Of a DNA stretch of 64,000 bases, positions 12,188-23,302 are shown one piece after another. The number at the start of each line of letters is the position of its first letter. Positions within the stretch are counted from its first letter, which is position 1. The stretch comes from Macrostomum lignano (Eukaryota). The position numbers and the translations under genes were made by a program. The notes under the pieces were generated by a model. That model was given only the letters and a program-made list of their open reading frames with translations, did not search any database and was not told the DNA's origin. The stretch lies in NCBI GenBank assembly GCA_002269645.1, contig NIVC01000302.1:192303-256302 (forward strand), written 5' to 3'.

Positions 12188-15100
12188 CTCCACTTGGTTC
12201 GTGCGTCATGCTCTGCGGCGGAGGGTGTGATTTTTATTCTAGAGAGCTAGTAAGCATTTTCCCTAATAACTGCGGCATTAGTGTATTCATACACGTATTT
12301 TTAGTACCAGCTATTTTTATGATCATTTATTGCTTCGTCGAATATTGACATCATTAATCTGCTCATTCTTAGTAGTCACAGTCTTCACAGGTGTTCTTCA
12401 TCATTCACACTCTTCACAAGTAGATAATCACTTGTTTATTCACACTCTTCACAGGTACATGTTCACTTGATTATTCACACTCTTCACAAATAGATGTTCA
12501 CTTGTTTATTCACACTCTTCACAAATAGATGTTCACTTGTTTATTTACACTCTTCACAAATAGATGTTCACTTGTTTATTCACACTCTTCACAGGTAGAT
12601 GTTCACTTCATTATTCACACTAATCACAGGTAGACGTTCTCTTGATTATTCACACTCTTCACAAGTAGATGTTCACTTGATTATTTACACTCTTCACAGG
12701 TAGATGTTCACTTCATTATTCACACTAATCACAGGTAGATGTTCTCTTGATTATTCACACTCTTCACAAGTAGATGTTCACTTGATTATTTACACTCTTC
12801 ACAGGTAGATGTTCACTTCATTATTCACACTAATCACAGGTAGATGTTCTCTTGATTATTCACACTCTTCACAAGTAGATGTTCACTTGATTATTTACAC
12901 TCTTCACAGGTAGATGTTCACTTGTTTATTCACACTCTTCACAGGTAGATGTTCACTTGTTTATTCACGTGTTCATTTGGGTATTTCACACTCTTCATGG
13001 ATATTGACTCGGGTAATCCAATCGCCATGTATGTATGATATAATTATTAATCTGCACATTACTATTGTTGATCTTGACGCAAATTATGTATTGATGACGC
13101 GCAGAAATCCCGCACCTACGACAGCCTCTCAGAAATATCCCATCCTTTCCAGCCACAGGAGCCGAGGACGCTCAGCTAGTCGAAGTACCCATCATTGACG
13201 CCATGGCGCACAAGCCGCCCTACTTGCCGCAGGCGATACCGGCCGATCTGTACGAGGAGCTGTCCGGACTGCACGGAAATCCGTTTGTTTGGTTTGCCGG
13301 CGTTTTATTAAACTATATTATGCGGCCTAACGCCGCGTTTCAACGCCAGCTGGACGATAATGCGATTCGATTGGGATTTGCCAAGCCTATTGTTGGCGTT
13401 CAGGTGAGCTGCTGCTCAAATGAGCCGGTGTTTGGCGAATGTGTGAGAGTGAGTATGAGCAGATCGGGTCAGATTGAGTATGAGCAGATCGGGTCAGATT
13501 GAGTATGAGCAGAATGAGTCAGATTGAGTATGAGCAGAATGAGTCAGACTGGGTATGAGCAGATCGGGTCAGATTGGGTATGAACAGATCGGGTCAGATT
13601 GAGTATGAGCAGATCGGGTCAGATTGAGTATGAACAGAATGAGTCAGATTGAGTATGAGCAGATCGGGTCAGATTGGGTATGAGCAGATCGGGTCACATT
13701 GGGTATGAGCAGATCGGGTCACATTGGGTATGAGCAGATCGGGTCACATTGGGTATGAGCAGAATGGGTCAGATTGGGTTTGAGCAGAATGGGTCAGATT
13801 GGGTTTGAGCAGATCGGGTCACATTGGGTATGAGCAGATCGGGTCACATTGGGTATGAGCAGAATGGGTCAGATTGGGTTTGAGCAGAATGGGTCAGATT
13901 GGGTTTGAGCAGAATAGTCAGATTAACTATGAACTGATTGTGGATGAACAGATGGGAAATGGCTCCAAAATGATGAGATCAAGAATGACCTCAAAATGAT
14001 CTGATCAGGAATGACCTCAGAATTACTAACCAGATCACCAATGAAATGACTTCAGAATGATCAGATCAGGAATGACCTCGGAATGATCAGATATCAAGAA
14101 TGACCTCTCGACTTACCGCCGCTCATTCAGGTCAGACGTACCGACAAAATCGGCAGCGAAGCGGCGTTCCACGACATCAGCGAGTACATGGTCTGGGTAG
14201 AAGAGTTCTACAAGACGTACGAACTGCGCCACGGCCGGCCGGACAAGATGCGCGTCCTTCTGGCCACAGACGATGCCAATTTGTTAAACGAAGCCGCCAG
14301 ACGTTACCCGGCCTATACGTTTCTGTCTGACACGTCCAGCTCCAGATCTGCCAGCGTTCGAGACCGATACTCCGACGGCGGACTGCGCGGCGTTATTAGC
14401 GACGTGTTGTTGCTTAGCAAAACTGATTATCTGGTGTGCACGTTCTCTTCTCAGGTGTGCCGACTGGCGTACGAACTGATGCAGGTGAGAGGCTGCGATG
14501 TTTTAGAGGGGAACTGGACTACTAGTAAGCTTTGTTCGAGGTTTTAGATTACCAGGCGTTCCCGACCACACCTGTCCCCGGTCACGCCTGTCCCCGGTCA
14601 CACCTATCCTCGGTCACGCCTATCCTCGGTCACACCTGTCTCCGGTCACACACCTATCCTCGGTCAGTCACACCTATCCCTGGTCACATCTATCCCCTTT
14701 CACACCTGTCCCCAGTCACACCTATCCTCGGTCACACTTGTCCCCAGCCACACCTGTCCCCAGTCACACCTTTCCCCTGTCACACCTGTATCCGGTCACA
14801 CCTGTATCCGGTCACACCTGTACCCGGTCACACCTGTCTCCGGTCACACCTGTATCCGGTCACACCTGTACCCGGTCACACCTGTCCCCGATCACACCTG
14901 TCCCCGATCACACCTGTCCCGATCACACCTGTCCCCGATCACACCTGTCCCCAGTCACACCTATCCCCAGTCATACTTGTCCCCAGTCACACCTATCCCC
15001 AGTCACACCTGTCTCCAGTCACACCTTACCTCTGTCACACCTGTATCCGGTCACACCTGTACCCGGTCAAACAATTAGGAATCACTCCTGCCCTAGATCA

Positions 15101-15512
15101 CACCAGTTTTAATAATCCGTACCCAAGGTTTTCAAAGCTGGTACGCACTGCACTTCCTATGTCACAGCATAGCCATCCATCGCCTAGCCTTGAAAAATAG
15201 TTTATTTCCAATCCAACCAACTAAAAACATTGCAAGGTTGGCCGCGACGACTCCTCTGACCGCTTTCACTCCCTAGACGATGTGTACTATTTCGGTGGCC
15301 AGTTGCCCCTAGAGGTGACGGCCAGATTTGCGCACAAAGCTCGCGACTCATCGGAGCTGGACCTGAGCCCAGGCGATGTGATAGGTCTGGCTGGCAACCA
15401 TTGGGACGGCTACAGTCTTGGCCAGAGCAGGCGGCTAGGCAGGAATGGCCTGTTCCCGGCTTACAAAACTGAGCTAGTAGTGCGCAAAGCCGAGATGCGA
15501 CCCGGTCTGTAG
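6898..15512 (+). CDS. FUT8: Alpha-(1,6)-fucosyltransferase, about 581 aa, 5 exons
   Basis: Exons 6898-7106, 10456-11111, 13153-13403, 14131-14484, 15237-15512 total 1746 nt with consistent phases. Contains an N-terminal type II TM segment, a coiled coil, [65 protein letters not shown] and a C-terminal SH3 ([10 protein letters not shown]...GLFPAYK). The last acceptor is AAG. Confidence 0.95.
7371..10317 (+). repeat. About 34-bp minisatellite filling FUT8 intron 1
   Basis: Unit CAGTGCTGCCTCTCTAATCTACCTGTCTCTCTCT, roughly 85 copies. Confidence 0.97.
11188..11645 (+). repeat. 24-bp minisatellite in FUT8 intron 2
   Basis: Unit CTATCTGACCCCTCTCTTCCATGT. Confidence 0.95.
12102..12184. repeat. (CT)n microsatellite
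   Basis: Direct observation. Confidence 0.97.
12380..13000 (+). repeat. 35-bp minisatellite in FUT8 intron 2
   Basis: Unit CACTTGTTTATTCACACTCTTCACAGGTAGATGTT. Confidence 0.93.
13448..13920 (+). repeat. 25-bp minisatellite in FUT8 intron 3
   Basis: Unit GAGTATGAGCAGATCGGGTCAGATT. A second degenerate GATCAGGAATGACCTC-type repeat follows at about 13975-14105. Confidence 0.93.
14565..15065 (+). repeat. GTCACACCTGTCCCC-type minisatellite in FUT8 intron 4
   Basis: Variable short unit containing GTCACACCT. Confidence 0.9.
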
Positions 15513-15833
15513 CATCCCTAGGCCCCAAATTTAGTCAAATAAATACTACCAGGTAATTGCCAAATTCTATGCAAAGAAACTAACATACGATTTCTCCTTC
15601 TTAGTACTGATATTAATTTTTTTCTGAGTAGTGCAAATGCTCGTGGCTGGCAAAATGCCAAAGTTCTCGTCTTTTATTTCATTGATTATTATGGACAATA
15701 GAAGTAAAGGATGCCACACTCACACTAGCAAAACTGTAAGTACGAGCTATTTTCAACACTAAATTGACAAAAAGTGTCGCCTTTTTGACGGGAAAAACGT
15801 GCGCTGGTAGTAATGCCACTGTGTTCTTTAAAC

Positions 15834-16187
15834 CAGGGGTCGGCCTCTCTCTATACGGCACTCGGGGGTCCTTTGGAGCTTCACAAAATCAATCCGGCCC
15901 ACTCATGCTTTGTCTCTTCTCTCTCATCTCCCCTCGTCTCTCCTCTCCTCTCCTCTCATCTCCCCCCTCTCCTCTCCCCTCTCTGTCTTCTATCCTCTTC
16001 TTTATCCTTTTATCTCTCATCTTATTTTACTTTGTGTTACCTCTTCTCTCTACTCTCCTCTTTATCCTTTTATATGTCATCTCATCTTACCTTTTGTTTC
16101 CTCTTCTCTTATTCTGGCTCTCTATTTTGCCTGGCTTGCAGCCATTTTATATGACTCTTAAGGTAAACAAGAGTTGGCCGACCCCTG
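15834..16187. mobile_element. Non-autonomous hAT (Charlie-like) element with CT-rich interior, 354 bp
   Basis: 12-bp TIRs CAGGGGTCGGCC / GGCCGACCCCTG. 8-bp TSD CTTTAAAC / CTCTAAAC (7/8 match). Confidence 0.8.
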
Positions 16188-17266
16188 CTCTAAACCGATA
16201 TAGCAAAAAGTGGGTTTGTACCATAGACAAAACTCGGGCCGAGAAACAGCCATGCTAGAAGCAGCTGATATTTTGTTTAGAAAGTCGCTGTCGCTTCCTT
16301 TATTTTAAACTCGAAAGTTTAGAAGGTGATAATTTTTGTTAATTTAGTTCTAAAAATAACTGAAGACTTTCTGTCTGGCTAATTTAAGTAATCTTTCTGC
16401 TTTTATTTGTCTCATGATTACTACTTTATTACTAGATGTCTTTTAGCTAACTCTAGTTTCCTGTAAAATAATCGCATTGTTTAGCGCGGTTTTTAATTAC
16501 CTGTATTTTAATTGCACGTACTTGATAAGTATTTGCCTGTTTTACATTGGTTCCCTGTGTGTATTGGTAATATTGGATTACAACCAATAGTCTGATTGAT
16601 TTATGTGTACTACTGACATAAGTAGTATTTCCTAGATGATTTTCTTTCTTACTGCGTCTATGCGTTGTGCCAAATTGTGTAGCTTCTATCTAGGAGTCCA
16701 GTATAATTCCTAACTGTTTGTAGTTTCCAGCCAAGGCTGTGTATTTAGCACATGAAATTACAGGTTAATAGAAGAAGCAAATCTCAGAAGTCAGGTCCCA
16801 ATACGTGTGATTGATTAATTGCATTCAAATTGATTGATAATTTAACAACTCTTCGAGTCAATTTTCTGTCCGTTAACTAATTATCAGTGCCTAATGTTGC
16901 TGCTAAATATTGTTCTTAGCTTTGGGTGTGTGTGTGTGTGTGTGCTTTTTATTGCATTTCTCAGCTTTCGTGCTCTTATGTACTTCTTGCTGTTGTTAGA
17001 ACTGTAGACTAAGCAATTGTCTGTCTGCACCGAAGGCTGGCGTGTTAAGCGATTCGAACTTAGAAAACTAAGTAGCTTTAATTAGCCTATAAACTCGCGT
17101 TGAATGTTTAAATTGAGAGCTACCGTTTGTTTGAAATTTCAAGTTTTAATAGAATTTTGAGCTTGCGAAACTTTTTGAACTTGTGAAGTTCTTAGCTTGT
17201 GAAATTTCGAGGTTGTGAAGCGCACAGCTAATAAAACGCCCGCTCTGCAGTAACCAGGATAAAAAT

Positions 17267-17462
17267 AAAGGGCCTGTCAACTTAAGCTCAAAAAGTGGAG
17301 CCCGAGTAACCTATGTACACAAATGATACGTCATCCTGCTCACAGTGACACCAGGAAGCTGGATTTGGCAAAACAGTTACAAAAATTGAACCTGAGATGT
17401 TAGAGAACAAGCAAGGGGAAATTAAGGACTCCACTCTATGAGCTTAAGTTGATAGGCCCTTT
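17267..17462. mobile_element. Short MITE-like inverted-repeat element (Harbinger-like ends)
   Basis: AAAGGGCCTGTCAACTTAAGCTCA versus TGAGCTTAAGTTGATAGGCCCTTT (24 bp, 1 mismatch). No clean TSD. The same end sequence recurs at about 33244. Confidence 0.65.
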
Positions 17463-17984
17463 GAAATCTAGCAATTTAACAATTCAAATCGTATTGTTCT
17501 TTCTGTCATTAACTGATATTAAAAGTGCACTAATAAACGATTCAGTAAAGACAGAGTGATTTATAGCTGTTTGCATTCCAATTTATAATCTAACCTGATC
17601 CACTTAACTTAACAAAGATTGAAGTCATTCGATTGTAATTTATTATTCGAGAAATTGTTCATTTACGAATAGAATGCTCTTTGTAGATTTTCTTTTAGCT
17701 AAGCTAATGGCTCTTTTTTATTGAGCTATTTAAAGCTTATTGGCTGACTGCTTCTGCCATATCTCCGCCCGTTTCTTTACTGTAGAAGTTTTGCTTTCGA
17801 TTTTATAGCTGTTATAGTATTGTCTGCTCTTTTATTGCTGCATATTTTCTGTGTTATTATTGTCTGCCTTGTTTCAGTTAAATAGAAGATTTCAGTACAA
17901 AATATAAAACAATTAATTTATCTTGATTCTAATTTTTTGTTTCTATTGCATATGAGACAATATTGGGTTCCGGCACGGTCTCTG

Positions 17985-18955
17985 CTGTCGATCTCACTGT
18001 GTCTGGTCTAAGTCTCTCTACTGTCTATCTTACTGTGTCTAGTCTCAGTCTCTACTATCTATCTTACTGTGTCTAGTCTCAGTCTCTACTATCTATCTTA
18101 CTGTGTCTAGTCTCAGTCTCTACTATCTATCTTACTGTGTCTAGTCTCAGTCTCTACTATCTATCTTACTGTGTCTAGTCTCAGTCTCTACTATCTATCT
18201 TACTGTGTCTAGTCTCAGTCTCTACTATCTATCTTACTGTGTCTAGTCTCAGTCTCTACTATCTATCTTACTGTGTCTAGTCTCAGTCTCTACTATCTAT
18301 CTCACTGTGTCTAGTCTCAGTCTCTACTATCTATCTTACTGTGTCTAGTCTCAGTCTCTACTATCTATCTCACTGTGTCTAGTCTCAGTCTCTACTATCT
18401 ATCTTACTGTGTCTAGTCTCAGTCTCTACTATCTATCTTACTGTGTCTAGTCTCAGTCTCTACTATCTATCTTACTGTGTCTAGTCTCAGTCTCTACTAT
18501 CTATCTTACTGTGTCTAGTCTCAGTCTCTACTATCTATCTTACTGTGTCTAGTCTCAGTCTCTCTACTATCTATCCAGTGTGTCTAGTCTCACAGTCTCT
18601 CAACTATCTATCCAGTGTGTCTAGTCTTAGTCTCTTAACTATCTATCCAGTGTGTCTAGTCTCACAGTCTCTCAACTATCTATCCAGTGTGTCTAGTCTC
18701 AGTCTCTCTACTATCTATCCAGTGTGTCTAGTCTCAGTCTCTCTACTATCTATCCAGTGTGTCTAGTCTCACAGTCTCTCAACTATCTATCCAGTGTGTC
18801 TAGTCTCACAGTCTCTCTACTATCTATCCAGTGTGTCTAGTCTCAGTCTCTCTACTATCTATCCAGTGTGCCTAGTCTCACAGTCTCTCTACTATCTATC
18901 CAGTGTGTCTAGTCTCAGTCTCTCTACTATCTATCTCACTGTGTCTAGTCTCAGT
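17985..18955 (+). repeat. 34-bp minisatellite upstream of the NRF1-like gene
   Basis: Unit CTGTGTCTAGTCTCAGTCTCTACTATCTATCTTA, with a variant block in the 3' half. Confidence 0.95.
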
Positions 18956-18982
18956 CTAAAATGAGAGCAACTCAGTTTTAAA

Positions 18983-21900
18983 ATGTTTAGGTTTTCAAAC
19001 TCCGAGTGTAATCAGGCACTCGCATTGAATATCCCGCATCTTCAGTCTAAGCGTCCGTTGGTTGCTGAGGTCGGCGGCGCTGCCAAACGGCGCTGTAGAG
19101 TCGCAGCCCGTCGTCGGCAGAAAAACGACAGCGAAGCCGCCTCCGGGTCGTTTCGCGATCTCGCCCGTCGGGCCAGCCTGCTGACTTGCAGCGGCGCCGA
19201 CGATGGCGCCACGGTGCGCCTGTGCGCCGTTGTCATGCTGGAGCGTCGGCCGCGTCATCGAGGAGGCGACGGCGGCGGTGGCGGCAGCATCAGCGAAATC
19301 TACGGCGATGACAACGACGACGACGCATTCCAGTGGCGGCTGAGGGTGGCCGGAAGCGAACCGCTGCGCAGCCACCTCCGTCTGCTTGGGCCCGACATTG
19401 AGGCTCTGACGCGCGAGTCGCTGTCGACTCTATCGGCCGACGCAGCTACCGTTGCCTCAGCCTCCGAGGCCGGGCCGCAGCCGATACTGCAGCTGCCCGA
19501 GCCGATAGTTAAAGGCCGTCGGGTACAATTAGAGGACATGCCAATTAACGAATTGCGCCGGTTTGTGCCGGACCTGCTCAAGTTGGTCACTGGCCGGACC
19601 CAGCTGCGCTGGGACGATCCCGCAGCCATGCCGCTGTGGTGGCCAGACTGCCTGCTGCCCTGGCGGAATGTCAAGCAGGTCAGGCGGTCAATGAGTTCAG
19701 TTTAATACTGTACGCTGGTACGCACTCATACACATGCTCACACAGGGTGCACAGCGGTCCTGACTTTCTAACCGTCAGGCATGTACACTCTGTGCCTTGG
19801 GGGCTGGCCCTCATGGGTCCCGAATGAATGTGGCCGAAGCACGGATTCGAACCAACAAAGGGTCGCGACGCGATCGAGTCAGACGCGTTTGCCGCTGAGA
19901 TGTTCTGTCTGCTCCAGTGGCTTCTTCTTAATTCCTTAGATGGGAGCGTTTTCATTGTGTAGGACTTAAAAGGAATAGTGTCGTTCTAGCTCGTAATTAG
20001 AGAATTGTGTGTGTATTAATATTTCATTTACAAAGAACTGGAAATAGACATAATAGGCGAGTAACTGTGGCCCAGCAAGTTCACAAAACAGTCTCTCATC
20101 TGATGCTTCTCTCTCAGTAAGCTAGTCCTTACAGCCATTTGCTTTTTAAACCAACTGTTCTCTGAAAGAATAATTGGAGACTATATGGACTGCGTTTTTA
20201 GCATTACTTGAATAGAATAGAACTGTCAGCATTGTCCCTTCGTGAAGACATGCTCATAGTTCGTAGTCACACGGTGTGGGGGTTGCTGAGATGCCAAGGC
20301 TCACGGGGGGAGGGAGTTGCTGAGATGCCAAGGCTCACGGGGGAGGGGGTTGCTGAGATGCCAAGGCTCACGGGGGAGGGAGTTGCTGAGATGCCAAGGC
20401 TCACGGGGGGAGGGGGTTGCTGAGATGCCAAGGCTCACGGGGGAGGGAGTTGCTGAGATGCCAAGGCTCACGGGGGAGGGGGTTGCTGAGATGCCAAGGC
20501 TCACGGGGGGAGGGGGTTGCTGAGATGCCAAGGCTCACGAGGGGGGGGGGTTGCTGAGATGCCAAGGCTCACGGGGGGAGGGAGTTGCTGAGATGCCAAG
20601 GCTCATGGGGAGAGGGTTGCTGAGATGCCAAGGCTCACAGGGAGAGGGTTGCTGAGATGCCAAGGCTCACGGGGAGAGGGTTGCTGAGATGCCAAGGCTC
20701 ACGGGGAGAGGGTTGCTGAGATGCCAAGGCTCACAGGGAGAGGGTTGCTGAGATGCCAAGGCTCACGGGGAGGGGGTTGCCAAGGCTCACGGGGAGAGGG
20801 TTGCTGAGATGCCAAGGCTCACTAGGAGAGGGTTGCTGAGATGCCAAGGCTCACAGGGAGAGGGTTGCTGAGATGCCAAGGCTCACGGGGAGAGGGTTGC
20901 TGAGATGCCAAGGCTCACTAGGAGAGGGTTGCTGAGATGCCAAGGCTCACAGGGAGAGGGTTGCTGAGATGCCAAGGCTCACGGGGAGAGGGTTGCTGAG
21001 ATGCCAAGGCTCACGGGGAGAGGGTTGCTGAGATGCCAAGGCTCACAGGGAGAGGGTTGCTGAGATGCCAAGGCTCACGGGGGAGGGGGTTGCTGAGATG
21101 CTAAGGCTCACGGGGAGAGGGTTGCTGAGATGCCAAGGCTCACGGGGGGAGGGAGTTGCTGAGATGCCAAGGCTCACGGGGAGAGGGTTGCTGAGATGCC
21201 AAGGCTCACAGGGAGAGGGTTGCTGAGATGCCAAGGCTCACGGGGAGAGGGTTGCTGAGATGCCAAGGCTCACAGGGAGAGGGTTGCTGAGATGCCAAGG
21301 CTCACGGGAGAGGGGGTTGCCAAGGCTCACGGGGAGAGGGTTGCTGAGATGCCAAGGCTCACGGGGGAGAGGGTTGCTGAGATGCCAAGGCTCACAGGGA
21401 GAGGGTTGCTGAGATGCCAAGGCTCACGGGGGGAGGGAGTTGCTGAGATGCCAAGGCTCACGGGGAGAGGGTTGCTGAGATGCCAAGGCTCACGGGGAGA
21501 GGGTTGCTGAGATGCCAAGGCTCACGAGGGGAGGGGGTTGCTGAGATGCTAAGGCTCACGAGGGGAGGGGGTTGCTGAGATGCTAAGGCTCACGGGGAGA
21601 GGGTTGCTGAGATGCCAAGGCTCACGGGGAGAGGGTTGCTGAGATGCCAAGGCTCACGGGGGGTTGTTGCGATGCCAAGCATCAAAAGGAGAGTTAGGTT
21701 TACTTTGGTACGGTTAGACCATAACTTTTAAGGTGTAGGGGGTTAATTTGTGCCTCAATGGAGAATGCCAAGGCTCGCAGTGGGGTTGCTGCTCACTTCG
21801 AATTTTCTAATAATGCACGTTTTGCGTGCCGAAAAAGGTGGCTTCTATATGACTTTGTTTGCTCAGTATATTTATTAGTCGATATTGGGTTTTGGGGAAT

Positions 21901-23251
21901 AAAACGTGATTGGTCGATAATTGGTAAAAAAAAGTTTTGGCAAAAGAGTGGGACATGAATAGTGAGGGCCACAGAGTGCAGTGTACGCCCTGCAAGCTTT
22001 TTTGATTAGTTTTTAAAAATATTCTACTTTCTTTATTACCTGCCCTATAAGGGGCTAAGATTGCTAGATAAGTATTGTAGGCGCTGTACGCGTATTAAAA
22101 TTATTTTAAATTTGTTCAGCAACAAAATTTAATCCTTTATAAGTTCAGCGTTTTTCAAGGCTCAGGGCAGCGTTGAAAAGAACCGCTGAATCTCCGCCGC
22201 TGTCATGGAGAAGTTCGCGATCGCAACGGCCCTAACGGTGCCCTGTAGAAAATGATTTGGCCAACGCCGACCAATTTGAATAATGTAGCAGAAGCTCGAG
22301 GTCGGAGCGGTCGCTCCAGTTGACAGCACAAATGAGCCATTGAAAAACATTTGCCTATCTGTTTCTGATTGGCTCAGTCCGATGTCGATCCAAGTGTTCG
22401 GATTGTTTGGGAGAATTTGAGATGCTTTTGCACCTGTTAGGCCTGGAGAACGATTGAACAGCATGTTCGGCATGCTGTACTCCCAGAAATGCGGGCCAAA
22501 ATTCCCTAAGTTGTCGCACTGGCCGGCTTCCATGAACGGCTGGAGTCTCGGCTGCCTCTTCAGCCGCAGAAGCCAGGTGAAGGAGCCCCCGTTCACTACG
22601 TTTCCCACATCCTCGGTAGCCGCGTACGAACACGCCCCGTTGAACTTGGCTCCGTCCTCAGTCCAGTCCACGTTCTCGCTGTGCAGCCGGTAGTTGCCGG
22701 GCTCGGCCTGGCACACGAGGTTGTCAAACCGGCTGCCGCCTCCTGCCAGCCACGCGGCCACAAAGCGCGCACCGACCGACTCGGAGCATCTCGACAGAGA
22801 CGAGAAGCGGTACACGCTGCACCGGCTGTCGCTCAGAGACTCGGTCGCGTTGCGGGCCTGAATGTGCCGGCACACCGTCTGGTAGCGGAAGAGGCAGCAC
22901 GCAGCGGTGCGCTCATTCCACTGCGCAACCAGGTCTCCGGGACTGGCGCCCGCCTTCATCATGCAGGGCGCCACGCTGGGCGCCTTCCAGCAGCCTTGAG
23001 CGACGGTCTCGTTGAGGCAGCGGTCGCCGAGTTTGCACCACTTCGTTCTGCAGCTGGCGAAGACGGCTGTAACCGCGTTAGTTAGCAAAATGAAAGCGTA
23101 GAGCTTCAACATTTGCTGCTTTTCTAGCTAGGCGTGCTTGTTAATTGAGGTAATTTAGTATCTGAAAAAGCAAGTCAAGTCAGAACTTTATTGAGACAAA
23201 ACCCATAACTACTTTGCAGGCCGAGAAGCCATCTTTATACTGAAAGAGAGA

Positions 23252-23302
<51 letters not shown>

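Noticed and set aside
13395-14150. FUT8 motif reads GVQVRRTDK instead of GVHVRRTDK
   Set aside because: The key Arg-Arg, Asp-Lys and downstream Glu (SEAAFH) are intact, so a single substitution is not evidence of altered function.
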